Part shown: positions 1 to 13,144 of the stretch, in pieces
How positions within the stretch are numbered: the stretch's first letter is position 1
Layout of the letters: every line of letters starts with the position of its first letter
Notes under the pieces: generated by a model
Seen by the model: the letters and a program-made list of their open reading frames with translations, nothing else
What the model was told of the DNA's origin: nothing
The model's database searches: none
Origin: the human T2T-CHM13v2.0 reference genome, Homo sapiens
Length of the DNA: 64,000 nt
NCBI RefSeq assembly: GCF_009914755.1
Contig: NC_060931.1
Direction: 5' to 3' (one strand)
Program-made: the position numbers and the translations under genes

Positions 1-168
1 TTATGATACTAATATTTGAATTTCATGTGATTTCTATGTGATATCATTATTCTTTTTCATTTAAAAAATACTCTTTAAAAATGTAAAAGCCATTCTTACC
101 TTGTTGGCGACACAAAAATAGAAAGTAGACTGGACTTAGTCCACAGGTTATAGTTTTCCAACCCCCAG
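1..168 (+). mobile_element. MER58B-like hAT-Charlie DNA transposon, 3' part
   Basis: 'tttgaatttcatgtgatt...aaaaatgtaaaagccattctta...tagttttccaacccc' follows the recalled MER58B 3' half and terminal repeat; cut by the window edge. Confidence 0.7.
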
Positions 169-249
169 TCTATGTAATAATCAATTACATTGAGGTTGAT
201 TTTTAAATTTTTCATTAGAAATTACACAAGAATTTCCAGGTATAGGTAT

Positions 250-835
250 CATTCATTAACTGAATACTTCATATGTACCTAGCAAATAAGCAATATAGAC
301 AAAGCTTTTGTCTTCAGGGAGCTTAAGAGCCCAGAAAAGACATCAAAATTAATCAAATAAATAAGTGAGAAAGAGAACATAATCAGAATACCGTAAGAGA
401 GGGTAACAGAGAGAACTCCCTTAGACAGATTGGGTAAGAATGGCCCATCTGAAGCGATGCTATTTATACTAAGATGAAAAAGCTAATGAAAATTTGCCCA
501 CTATATGAAAAGCCAGAAGAGACTTTATAGGCCAAAGCACAGCAAGCATGAAGTCCCTGGGAAAGAAGGAGCATGTAGGCACCGATGAAACCTAACGTGA
601 CTGAAGCATAACATGTAAGGGGAGGAGGGGCAGCATTTGAGCCTGAGAAGATGACAGGAAGCAGATCATACAGGGCCTTGTCAGTGAAGTCAAGGATTTT
701 GGCAAAGGTTTTATGCAAGGGGCTAACTGGATTTTATTTAAGGCTTTAAAAATGACTTCCTTCTTGTTACGCTGTGGAAAACAGATTTGGAGGGGACCAA
801 GAGAACAGGAAGACGGTTTGAAGACTAGATTAGAA
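250..835 (-). mobile_element. L2 LINE 3' fragment
   Basis: Starts with the 'tcattcatt' L2 tail (reverse complement); purine-rich body with motifs such as 'agcagatcatacagggccttg...aaggatttt'. Confidence 0.65.
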
Positions 836-2000
836 GTGTGCATGTGTGTATGTGAGAGATTCACAAGCATGCATTAGATATCATTAAAACTGAAAGGCTT
901 ACAGTAGAAATTCAGTAAAACAAAATGATTTCCTAAGCCCAAACTGATGATCTCATGATTGCAGATTAAAACCAATTCAACTAGAGACTCTAAGAAGTCT
1001 TTTGGAGGTTGATGTAATGGGATTTGATCTAGATACAGAATAAAATCTTCAAGGAAAAGGACAAAAGCTTCATTCAACATTATCCAGCAGCTAAAGAATG
1101 ATATTCTTTATGTGAATGTAGAGAGAAAAAGGAACTTTGAATAGGTAGGTGGACGTCAAGAATGAATAAGCTTTGATAGTTTACTTCATCACAATGAACA
1201 GCTATTCAGTTCAGCTCCGTAATGACATTACTAGAGACATCTATCTAATAACACAACCCTATTAGCAGATCTGTCTAAATTGATATTGAAAGGACAATTA
1301 AAATTGGCACTCAGGCTACAACCAATGTTGTAAGTTGGAATGTATCAAACATCATTTTTAAAAAAGGTATATTGTTAACATTGGGACATAAATGCAAATT
1401 AGAGTAATGACTTCATTCAGCAATTTCCTTTATATGAGGCCATTCGAATCAGACTCTCTCCATAGAAAAGGGCAAATCCTTAGTAATTTAGATGATTACC
1501 TCATAGGAGTGAATAGTAAGTGAAATCAATACCATAAGGTCTGGCCTGCCATTTCCTTCCCGTTACTTCATGTCACTATGACAATGATGAGAACTTTTAA
1601 AAGTTTTCTTGCATGCTGGTTCATAAGCATTCACTAATCTCCTCCAACAATCTTCTTGTGCTCGGAAAAGAAATCCAATGTCATATTTGGAAGTTTTATT
1701 TTAAAAAGGTGAGTGCTGATACAGAATATTAATATGAACTTTTTAGTCATATCTTTATGTAGAACACTGGGAATCCATTGCCACTAAGGTAGATAATTAT
1801 TCATTTAAGTTTTATGCTAATCATTCTAATTATTGCTTAGAAAAATAAAAGTGCCATATAGCAAATCCTTATACCATTCTCTTACATTCATGCCATAAAC
1901 AACCAATAACCCAAGTGTGACTATGAGTTTCAGGAAACAATCTCTATGCTTTGGGCTGGAGGTAGTGTGCTGAAATTCATGAATTACAGCTCTTCCGACA

Positions 2001-2260
2001 AGAGCCCTTAGTGGCTCCAGGGACTGGAAATGGAATATGAAACTTCTGACCCAAAGGTCATTGGCTCCAATTTGGCTTAAACTGGTAGTGACTACAAGTT
2101 ATTATCAACAGACAGCTGTTCAGCAACTGCTACAAAATGAATTGGTGATTTCAGTGTAATTCCTAAAAGACAGGTATCTGTGTCAGGAACACATGAATCC
2201 TTCATGCCCTAAGGTGGATAGTTCTAGACAGGAGTCAAGACATTGACTAAAAGGAGTTAT
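2001..2260 (+). mobile_element. LF-SINE (LFSINE_Vert) relic
   Basis: Colinear with the recalled LF-SINE consensus over ~180 bp: gtggctccagggactggaaatgg / aggtcattgg / tggtagtgact / gacagctgttc / aaatgaattggtg / ttccta..gacaggt. Confidence 0.75.
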
Positions 2261-2484
2261 CCTAGCACTTTCCAGCCTTTATAAAATGGGTCTTTTTAGA
2301 TGGGAGCAGCCAAAAGTTTTTTGGCAACTGGCAAGAGTGTTTGTTACTTAATAGTTTGTCATTTGTAAGGTGGGGATACAATTATATCTGACTATAATCT
2401 CTCTGTATATCTATGTTTATGTTTAAATAAAATATAACAGATCTTAGTGGGAAATGCTTAGAGAAGATGTTAATAAAATAAGAC

Positions 2485-2648
2485 TCTTGCTACTCAAAGT
2501 GTGATCTGCAGTCCAGTAGCATCAGCCTCACCTCGAAACATGTTGGAATTGCAAACTCTGAAGTATATGCCAGACATTGAATCAGAATCTTCATTTTAAC
2601 AAGACCCTCAGGTGACTCAGTCACTCAATAAAGTTTGAGGAGTATAAT
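2485..2648. mobile_element. MER5A DNA transposon
   Basis: 'tactcaaagtgtg...agcatcagc...gaatcagaatct..attttaacaagaccctcaggtga...aaagtttgag'. Confidence 0.8.
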
Positions 2649-2652
2649 CTGT

Positions 2653-2786
2653 CTTGAACCCGGGAGGTGGAGGTTGTGGTGAGCTGAGATCACGCCATTG
2701 CACTCCAGCCTGGGCAATAAGAGTGAAACTCCATCTCAAAAAAAATAAAAATAAAAATAAAAACAAAAAACAACAGCAACAAAAAA
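2653..2786 (+). mobile_element. Alu right-arm 3' fragment with A-rich tail (AluSq/Sp-like)
   Basis: 'cttgaacccgggaggtggaggttg...gggcaataagagtgaaactccatctcaaaa'. Confidence 0.9.
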
Positions 2787-2862
2787 CCTGACTTCAGGTG
2801 ATTTGCCTGCTTTGGCCTCCCGAAGGGCTGGGATTACAGGCGTGAGCCACCGCACCTGGCCT
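2787..2862 (-). mobile_element. Alu left-arm 5' fragment, opposite orientation
   Basis: 'cctgacttcaggtgat...gggattacaggcgtgagccaccgcacctggcc' is the reverse complement of roughly Alu nt 1-76. Confidence 0.9.
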
Positions 2863-3114
2863 GTATCTTAATTTCGTAATCTAGTATCCCTGGCTGTTTA
2901 CATTACTTATGTTGCCACTTATAAAACTGCCTGCCTATTCATTGTCTCGGCATCCCTATTAGACTTTAAGCTCCTAGAGGGCAGGTATCCAAGCTGGCAT
3001 TCCTTTTGAGTCCAATGTAGGTTTTATCAATAGAACAAAGGAACTTGAAATTATAAGTCTTCAGCACCTTATACTAAATTGAGTCATGCCAAATAATCTG
3101 ATAATAACCTGATT

Positions 3115-3412
3115 CTTTTTTTTTTTTTTTTTTTTGAGACAGTCTTGCTGTCATCCAGGCTGGAGAGCAGTGGCTCGATCTCTGCTCACTGCAAACTCCA
3201 CTTCTCAGGTTCAAGCAATTCTCCTGTCTCAGCCTTCTGAGTAGCTGCAATTACAGGCACGCACCACCATGCCCGGCTAATTTTTGTATTTTTAGCAGAG
3301 AAGGGGATTCGCCATGTTGGTCAGGCTGGTCTCAAACTCCTGACCTCAGTGATCCACTCACCTCAGCCTCCCAAAGTGCTGGGATTACAGGTGTGAGCCA
3401 CCGTGCTCAGCC
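3115..3412 (-). mobile_element. AluS, full length
   Basis: Poly-T, dimeric Alu body, imperfect TSD aataacctgattctt / aataaactgatgctt. Confidence 0.95.
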
Positions 3413-3984
3413 CCAAATAAACTGATGCTTATGCAACATTAATTTAAACAGATTGTGTTTACCTGAGAGACCTGAAGGGCTATCATGATGCCCTGGATCA
3501 TTAGCCAGCAGTAAATTGCTAACCGCTATTTAATGACATTGTTGGTAGAATACATGGTAAGAGTATTTTGTCCACTCTGCTAAACTTGTAACCACAACAT
3601 AATGAAATACTCCGGCTAATTTTCAAAATGAGTTTGTGTAGAACATATTGATATTTCATACATTACATTAAATTTAGTCAACATGAGACTGATTAACTGG
3701 AATTTATTTAAAATTTGGATTATGATTTTGTTTGTATGGTGTTTATAATCCCTACCTTTCAAAGGAAAAAATAAAATGCATTAACTTTATGGTACTAACA
3801 AATCAATTTGCCTGAAGTTCAGCTGTTCCTAGATCAGAGGCTTCCATTCTAAAACTAAGCCAAAAACGTTAAATAATATATTGAATATTTTCCCCAACAC
3901 ATATTTTATCACCCTATTCAAATTATCTAAAATAAAGATGTTCATGTATTTGGGTACCCAAGGTTTTCATAAGAGGCTCTCTCA

Positions 3985-4160
3985 AGTCAGCTATATGTGT
4001 CAGTTTGGGCAAGTTTCCTAAGTTCTTTGAGTCCATATTTTAATAATTTTTGGCTTTTTAGGAGAAAATATTAAGACCAAATTTATAATGCTATCTTGAA
4101 CATTTAATGAGATAAGCTTGAACAAGATTTTTGGCAGATAGGTACTCCCTAGTTATTTGT
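3985..4160 (+). mobile_element. MIR relic
   Basis: 'tttgggcaagtttcctaag' core and 'ttaatgagataa...ggcagataggtactc' 3' part. Confidence 0.5.
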
Positions 4161-4578
4161 ACTGCTACTACTTCTAGTATCTCTGCTACCACCACCACTA
4201 TCATTATTGCTAACTGGCATTCCTACTTGCAGCACAATATTTGCTATAAGATCGTTAGGTGGCATACCAGATTTAAACATAATTGAACATGTAAGATCCA
4301 CTCTTACATGGTTCACCAGGTAACATCAAAACATAATACTCTAAATTAAAGAAAAGCATAAGAAAGATAGACAAGCCTGCAGGTCTAATTATCTTTTCTA
4401 TTAATTCTAAAAATTCTAAATTATAGCTTAATCTAATCGTGGCCTGTCTTTAAGCCTTGGAAAATTAAACAATTGACTGTGTTGATTAGTATATTGCCAA
4501 CAGCTGTGTCCCCCTGTGTCCTCTCCCTTAGTAGAAAGAAATGGTCCTTTTATCACACCCGTTGTCAAAGATCCTCAT

Positions 4579-4604
4579 CTCTCTCTCTCTCTCTCTCTCT
4601 CTCT
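4579..4604. repeat. (CT)n microsatellite
   Basis: Pure CT dinucleotide run. Confidence 0.95.
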
Positions 4605-4916
4605 ACCTAGAAGCAGTATAATTTAGGATTAGGAGTATAACCTATGGACTCAAATAGAGGCTTAAAGCTGTTTTGTGCCACATAGTAGCTATGTAAGTTG
4701 AAGCATGTTATAACGTCTATAAAACAGGGATAATAACAGTGCCTACCACACAGAGTTGTTCTGAAGCTGTTAAATGGGATGTTGCTTACTTTTGCATAGC
4801 ACTCAACTTTGTGCATTGGACATGGTTAAGCAACTAGTAAATACTATTATTGCCAAGACTTGAAGTATTAACAAAGGGCATAGTCTCTGCCCAGGGACCA
4901 TGCTCACTTAATTGTA

Positions 4917-5788
4917 CAGTAAGTTCTCACTTAATGTTGTTTATGGCTTCCTAGAAACTGCAACTTTAAGCAAAATGACATTTAATGAAACCAATTTTAC
5001 TACAGGCTAATGGATATAAAGAAGAGATTAACTCCCATGACCTATTTCTGGTCATAAAAACAACACCAAACTTCCAGATAAAGACCCCAAACACTTCTAA
5101 TACTAAATATTGAAATAAATGTGAACTATACATACATTTAGGAAATATTAATTAAAATAAGTAAGATTATTTACCCAATTTCTGGTGATTCAGTGAGAGA
5201 CAGCATTCACAGTGGTGGTGGATTAAGGAAAAAGTGTTTACAAGCAACAACTGTAAAAAGGACCTCCTATCACCATGCAGTTCATAAACAATAAGAAATA
5301 TGGCAGGTTCGCTGAGTGCTTTCGCACCTCATAGTTTATTGTGGTGTATTGGTATGATTGTTCTAGACTTTATAAATGGTTATTTGACAACAATTTGTAT
5401 TCATTCATTCATTCTTCATTCATTCATTCGTTCATTCAATTTTCCAATCTGTATATTCTATTTCAGGGCTGAGGATGGCTGGAGCCTATCCCACAAGCTC
5501 AGGGTGTAAAGGAGGAACCACCTTGGACAGGATGCCATTCTATCACAAGGCGCGCGCGCACACACACACTCACTCAGATTACAACAATTTAAACATGCCA
5601 ACTCACATAATGTGCACATCTTTGCAATGTGGGAGGAAACTGGAGTATCCAGAGAAAACCCACACAGACAAAGGGAAAATGTGCAAACCTCACATGGACA
5701 GTGGCTTCAGCCTGGAATACATTTTTTCTGACATCGATGTTATAATAAAACAATATTGAGTGAACTGATGTTATCCAATGACCTGCTA
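4917..5788 (+). mobile_element. MER6 DNA transposon (TcMar-Tigger group), near full length
   Basis: Starts 'cagtaagttctcacttaa', ends 'gacctgcta', TA on both flanks, ~870 bp. Internal 'ggagcctatccc..agctcagggt..aaggaggaacc', (TTCA)n and 'ggaaactggagtatccagagaaaaccc' match recalled MER6. Confidence 0.85.
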
Positions 5789-5999
5789 TATTCCCAATAG
5801 AGGGCACATTTCAATGGACTGACCTTAGGAACTGGTGAGTACAGTTTGCCTTAACCTTTTAAGCTTCTTTTCTTCTCACCTCTAGAATTGGTTTCTCTCA
5901 GAATGCTGATTAATACAATATCTTTAAATTGCCCTAGCTCATGGTAACCTATCAACTTCCTAACCCCTTTCTCAAGCTCATCGATTTTGCCTTCAGAGT

Positions 6000-6780
<781 letters not shown>

Positions 6781-7089
6781 GTAAAAAGAATTCACTTATG
6801 GTTGAATTTGCAAGATGAGATTGCTTTAAAAAGCATACTGCCTTTCAAAATGTATGTGCCCTTTTTACTATTCATCCATGGGTTTGTTAAACCTCAATTC
6901 ATTCAAGGAAAAAGTTTCTCTTCTTATTTTCTATAAATAGATTGCTAATAAGTTTAAACTACTTTTATTAGCAGCATCATGTCTTACAAAAGTAGGTTTC
7001 CTGTTTGAGAGGCTCAGTTTGACAAGCACTCTTGGTAAACAAAAAATTGTGGACTTTGAGAATAAGAAAAGTTGATAGATATAAGTGGG

Positions 7090-7561
7090 CCTGGAACTAT
7101 TAGCTAGGTATTATGGATAGGAGCTGGCCTGCTATTCCCAGCTAGGCTATGGTGTTCTCCTGTGGAACATCAATAGTTTCACAGAACGCCAACTTCAGAC
7201 AAGGCCATTGTGTGACCATAGTGGATCAAGACAAAAGTAAGACTGCCTTCTTTTGCATATTTCCCAACTACTGCATTCACCTTTGTTCATTCATCTGCAT
7301 TCTAGATAAGAATTATAAAAACCCAATCATAAAATCACCCGATTCCTCACAGCATCCATCCAATCTGGAGAAGAGTCCTACTGCCTTGAGCTCTCTTCAG
7401 GATCACCTACTATAAAGCCAAATCCTAAATCTTCCTACTGAGATGGCTCATAGTGCTCTATGGAGTGCTCTCTTCCTCATTTCTCAATAACGAGTTAATA
7501 AAATCCATCTTTCTTTGACTATAGGTGTGTTCCTGGTGACCTTGGCTGAAGGGCATTGCCA
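7090..7561 (+). mobile_element. Old ERV-type solo LTR (MER90/MER110-like; family uncertain)
   Basis: 'cagacaaggccattgtgtgacc..ggatcaagacaaaa', AATAAA near 7497, ends '...gggcattgcca'. Confidence 0.45.
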
Positions 7562-7806
7562 TCTTGTTACTGATGTGACACATAAAAAAGACTACCTGGA
7601 TTTTTATCAAATGCAAAACCTACTATATATTTCCTATGACCTATAAAACACAAGTATAATATGTCAATGTATTAATAGGATGATGCAAATTTGGACATTA
7701 AATCCTTTAATAAGGGCCTATTTGTGTGTTTGTTACCATGAACTGAAAATCATTTTCTGATGGAAATCTTGCTTTTGGCTTACCTAGAGTTTCACCCTTA
7801 ACTTCT

Positions 7807-8133
7807 ACTATGATCTGAGTATTTGTCCCTCCTATCCTTGATAGTGTTAGGAGGTGAGGCCTTTGGGAAATGATTGGGTTTTCAGGGTGAAGCCCACGTA
7901 AGTAAGATTAGTGCCTTTACAAAAGAGGCCCAAGTCAGCTCCTTTGTCTCTTCCATCATGTGTGGACACATAGAAAGCACCGTCTACAAACCAAAAAGCA
8001 GACCCTTAGCAGATACCCTATCTGCCTCGATCTTGGACTTTCCAGCCTCCAGAACTTTCAGAAGCAAATTTCTGTTGTTTATAGGCCACTCAGTTTACAG
8101 TATTTTGTTATAGCAGCCTGAATGGACTAAGGT
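7807..8133 (+). mobile_element. MLT1A-type MaLR LTR
   Basis: 'ggaggtgaggcctttggga', 'gattagtgccttta', 'tcttggactttccagcctccagaact', 'tattttgttatagcagcctgaatggactaag'. Confidence 0.85.
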
Positions 8134-9642
8134 AATATCCTTTAGAACAGAAGTTAGATGATCTTTTGTTCAGGCACCCATTCTTTGGGCACCTCAGTTT
8201 TTATAAGAGAATCAATCCTATCTGCCACTCAGCTGATAAAATATTTAATGCTCCACTTGACTGGCAAAAGGGCGCCAGTACATCAGGTTTGTGCCAGAAA
8301 GGATAAGCTTGGACTTAGGATGGCTCAATACACTTCAGAAGCTCAGCCAAGAAAAACAATATTTGTAAAAATTAGGGGAAAGAGACAATCCATATATTCC
8401 TCTAGATACTCTAAAATCTACTCCTGGAATAAGCCAGACAGATAGAAGACTGTTAATACCTGGACCTTGGAATACTGACACTCCAGATAAGAGCTTTTAC
8501 CCAATGGCACTTCTGCATAACTCCACTGGACAAGGTTGAGGACATTTTAAAATAAAAGTTTTGTGATCCTTGATACTGTTTTTTACATTAATGTCATATC
8601 CCCTCCATGCAAACTCATGAGAGAATACTGTTAGTGTTGAGCATCCTCTGAACAGTTTTTTTTTTTTTAACTCATGAACATTGTGACTCTTATAGCTAAT
8701 CATCCTTTCTTAATGACCAATTTCCATAGAGACAAGTTAATGGTTTAGTTTTAGGAATATGTACACTGCACATTGGAATTATACAGAACTTCTTCTAAGC
8801 ATGCATTTAGTGTGTCTCTTTGTATCTTCTTTTAAAATTGATTTTTTTATTATATGGATCCTTGTAAGCCATCTTAAGTCATTTCAGACTGAAATAGGGG
8901 AATAAATTAATAAATAATAATTACTGAGAATAGATTTAGTGAGTTGTAGAAGTTCAGATACCAGTCAAAATATGGGATGCTCACCTATCTTAACTTTATA
9001 AATGAAGTTCATTTGATTCCAGATTCACTTTCTCACTGTATCTTAACAATGCTTCCTTGTATAGTACAATTTTTATCATTGACTTAGCCAAATCAGTATA
9101 TATTAAATCCACCTTGCAGTGTTCATTAGCAAGTTGCATTGTTAATTACTTTAGTGGGTTGTTTAAATGGCTGTGGTTAATTGGGAACACTCTCAAATTT
9201 TTTCTGGGCTAATGCATAGCAAGTTTACACTGTTTTTTTGTTTTGCTTTGTTTTGATTTTTGCACTCACATTATAGAAACTTACAGGCCTTGAACACTTC
9301 TGAGTCTCTTCCACAAGATTTATTGTCAAGCCAGATGTCTTGCTTTTGCACTATTTCAAGAGATCTTATTGCTTGCTTACTTAAAATGTTCCTCTTTACA
9401 CTTACTTTGCATCTGAATTATATTCCCAGCATCAGTAATTTGAAAGCCACATACATGAATAATATACCCACTGCATGTCAACCCTGAGAGAAGACAGTTC
9501 TGAGGAGACTGTCCTAAGGGGGAAACTTCTAGGCAGGCCCTAAGAGGGTAACTTCTCATCCAGCTGTTGTGCTTGAATTATACGAAAGTTTAAAATAAAT
9601 TCCAACACGAAGTATAAGTGGCTTTTACCAGTTTGCATTGTT

Positions 9643-9943
9643 TTGTTTGTTTGTTTGTTTTCAGAGGGTGTCTTGCTTTGTTACCCAGGCTGGAGGGCAG
9701 CGGTGCGAACCTGGCTCACTGCAGCCTTGAATTGCTGGGCTCAAGTGATCCTCCCATCTCAGCCTCCTGAGTAGTTGGAACTACAGGAATGCGCCACCAC
9801 GCCCAGCTAATTTTTGTATTTTTTGTAAAGACAAAGTTTTGCCATGTTGCCCAGATGGGTCTCAAACTCTTGAGCTCAAGCAACTTGCCTGCTTTGGCCT
9901 TCCAAAGTGCTGGGATTATAGGCATAAGCCACTGCATCCAGCT
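9643..9943 (-). mobile_element. AluJ, full length
   Basis: J-type 'gctcaagtgatcctccc'; perfect TSD ccagtttgcattgtt (9628-9642, 9944-9958). Confidence 0.95.
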
Positions 9944-10075
9944 CCAGTTTGCATTGTTAATGAAATAAAAGGTCAATATACTTTCAGCAATCTTATTGGG
10001 CAATTCGACTTGAAGAAAAACAAACATAAGGTATTTTTAAATAACCATAGACTTTTAGGTAGACATTTGTTTTCC

Positions 10076-10380
<305 letters not shown>

Positions 10381-11499
10381 TATTTTCCTTTTAACTCAGA
10401 AATACATTACATGAAAACGTGTAGCCGGCATGATAGTAAAAACAGCCTTATTAAACATTTGTAAAGGTAAAAATGAGAAACTATACAAAGAACTGTAGAG
10501 TGGTGTGGTGGACAAAAATGGTGTCTGTAGATGCCGTACTGTAAATTGCTTATTTTAAAAACTGCAGGCCTGTGATTCGTCCCAGCTACAATGGACGGAC
10601 ATAGATTACTTGTGTTGTAGCACTACAGAAGGTCAGGGTTGATCCAGCTGGGGTGCCCTGAGCCAAAGAGAAACATGAAGCCAGTTTCTAAGGGGTGAAG
10701 CAAGGTTCAAATTCTGGGCATTGCAAATACAAACAACAAATCCAAAGGGCTAGAAACAAGTTCGAAGGCAGAGTACGGGGCCAAAGGTCTAAAACTGAGT
10801 AAGGTGGTAGAACGAGAACAAATTGCCCCCCCAAGGTCAGTGAGCTCCAGGCAATTGCTATGGATATGAATGAGAGTTTGTGGCTTTTAAGAGTTGTGGC
10901 TAGCATGGAGTGGAGGAAGATGAGATCGTCTTAAAAACTGTAAGAGGCAGAGAAGGAAAATTCAGAAGTTGCCTGTAAAATCAACTTTAAATTAAAAAAA
11001 AAAAAAAAAAACACCAAAGTGTATTCCAGAGCCCAGATTTGTCCTTTCATAAAAGGGTAACGGCCTAGGTTTTACAAGGTAGCAAAATGCTGTACATTCC
11101 CATCTGTTCGCAGTCTTACAATTGTAATATACTTTGACTACATAAGCATTTTCATAGCTTTATTTTAATGATCACAACCCAGTTAATCATTTAAAAGTTT
11201 TCCGTATTACTCTCCACGCTGCCCAAATTTTTCTCATCAATGAAATAAATATGTTTATGGCAAACTGTAAAATGTTGCAGGTCACCTTGGAAATGCAACT
11301 GAGTTCTAACAAGAAAATAGTAAGGTAAATGTAACTGTCCTTCAGATAAATACGTGATTTGAAAACCTCTGTCATTAAAGTGTTACTGGTGAAGGAAGAC
11401 TTGCACTTATACAAACAAAATAAAACCTGCTTTCTTCAAACTTCATCCCCAAGCCTGACAACTCAGACTAAATGATCCCAAGTTAGTTAGATGATTATC

Positions 11500-11705
11500 T
11501 CATTAGAGCTACTGAGTATGAAGCCCCAACAATGTTCTAGACACTGTCCTGGGTGCTAGATACATCCATTAATATGCTCAACAGTTCTGTGACACAAGCG
11601 TTTGTGCAGACAAGTAAACCAGAGCTCAGAGAAATCATATTGCCCCAAATCACACAGTTACCAAGTGGCAGGGATAGGATTTGGATTTTGGAATAAATCT
11701 GGAGT
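11500..11705 (-). mobile_element. MIR relic
   Basis: 'gagctcagagaa...tgccccaaatcacacagttaccaagtggcaggga..ggattt'. Confidence 0.6.
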
Positions 11706-12753
11706 TTTAATTGTGTCTGCTATGACACATTGCTTCCTATGATATGTATTTGTCCTACTCCAGGAAAATGGAAGGGAGTAGGGCCCGGGGTAGTGGAGGG
11801 GAGTCCCAAAAGAAGGAGAGATGTGGGGTGAAGGCCCAACCTGAGTCTGACCTGAAGTGGGATTTGTATTAGGTTATGTCTGCTCCATAAAATCTGTTGG
11901 TTATATGTATTTTCCCCCATTTCTAGTTCTAAAAATGTGTTCCCCTTTATTAAAAAACAATGATGAAACAATAACATATCCTTGGAGGAAAATGCATTCT
12001 GAGATGCTCTCCAGGAAGTGAAGGTAGATTGGTATTGATTCACTGACCCAAAGTTGGTCTCATAGGTGCTTCCATTTTTGTTAAAATAGGGAAAAATTGG
12101 AGAAACCACACTGTCATGATTACACACAGCAAAGCTGTCTGTGAAGTGAGGGTTAACAGTCACCAAGGCTTGTGTAAGCGCTTGTGAAAGTGCTCCATGG
12201 GGCTGCAAGCACCATCATGATCTTGGTCACACTTCTGAGCTAATCAAGTTTGAGTCTCATATTTGTGAACCTTACATAAATCTGAAAGTCCATGTGGATC
12301 TCCTCATTCTGTCAGTCACACCTCAGAAGATAATTTTCTTTATATGCAGAATTTTAAAAGAACACAAAGCTCTATGCAATAGTGCTGATGGGATTCAGGA
12401 CACATTACCCCAAAATATAGCACCGTGGCATTTGACAACAGCAGAGACAGGAAGGTCACTCTTACCTTCTTCTCGCCCATCTCCCCGGAAGGCGGCCATA
12501 AATCCCAGGAAGAATTTTCTAACCTTCCCCTGAAGCAGGTCATAGGACCCTCATTCAAGAGGTACCCTCCCTACATCCAGAGGAAAAGAACATCCTTATC
12601 TCTGAAGACACAGGGTCACAGAGAGGAACTTGAACAGACAGGCTTTGCTAAGTTCTGCCAAGTTATTATCATTAAATCATACCCCCTTTGTCCAATTACA
12701 TTTTTCCACGACTCTCCCATTTCCATCAAACTTAGCATAAAAATACATAGTTT

Positions 12754-13063
12754 GGCCGGGCATGGTGGCTCATGTGGGTAATCCCAGCACTTTGGGAAGC
12801 TGCGGTGTGAGGGGTGTGAGAATGGCTTGAGCCCAGGAGTTAGAGACCAGCCTGGGCAAGATGGTGAAACCTCATGTCTACAAATTAAAACAAAAAAATT
12901 AAAATCAGCCAGGTAAGGCAGCGCAGCCTCAGAAGGCTGAGGTGAGAGGGTTACTTGAGTCCAGGAGGTTGAGGCTGCAGTGAACTATGATCACTGCACT
13001 CCAGTCTAGGTGACAGAGTGAGGCACTGTCAGAAATAAATAAATAAATAAATAAATAAATAAA
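12754..13063 (+). mobile_element. AluJ with internal deletions and (TAAA)n tail
   Basis: 'ggccgggcatggtggctcatg...gaggttgaggctgcagtga' (J-type). Confidence 0.9.
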
Positions 13064-13091
13064 TGATAGAGGACGGTTGGATGGATGGATG

Positions 13092-13143
<52 letters not shown>
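13064..13143. repeat. Compound (GGAT)n(GATA)n tetranucleotide STR
   Basis: About a dozen perfect GATA units at ~13092-13143, after the Alu tail. Confidence 0.95.

Positions 13144-13144
<1 letters not shown>

Noticed and set aside
11720-12208. 162-aa minus-strand ORF in unique sequence
   Set aside because: Non-ATG start, no recognisable motif or exon signals.
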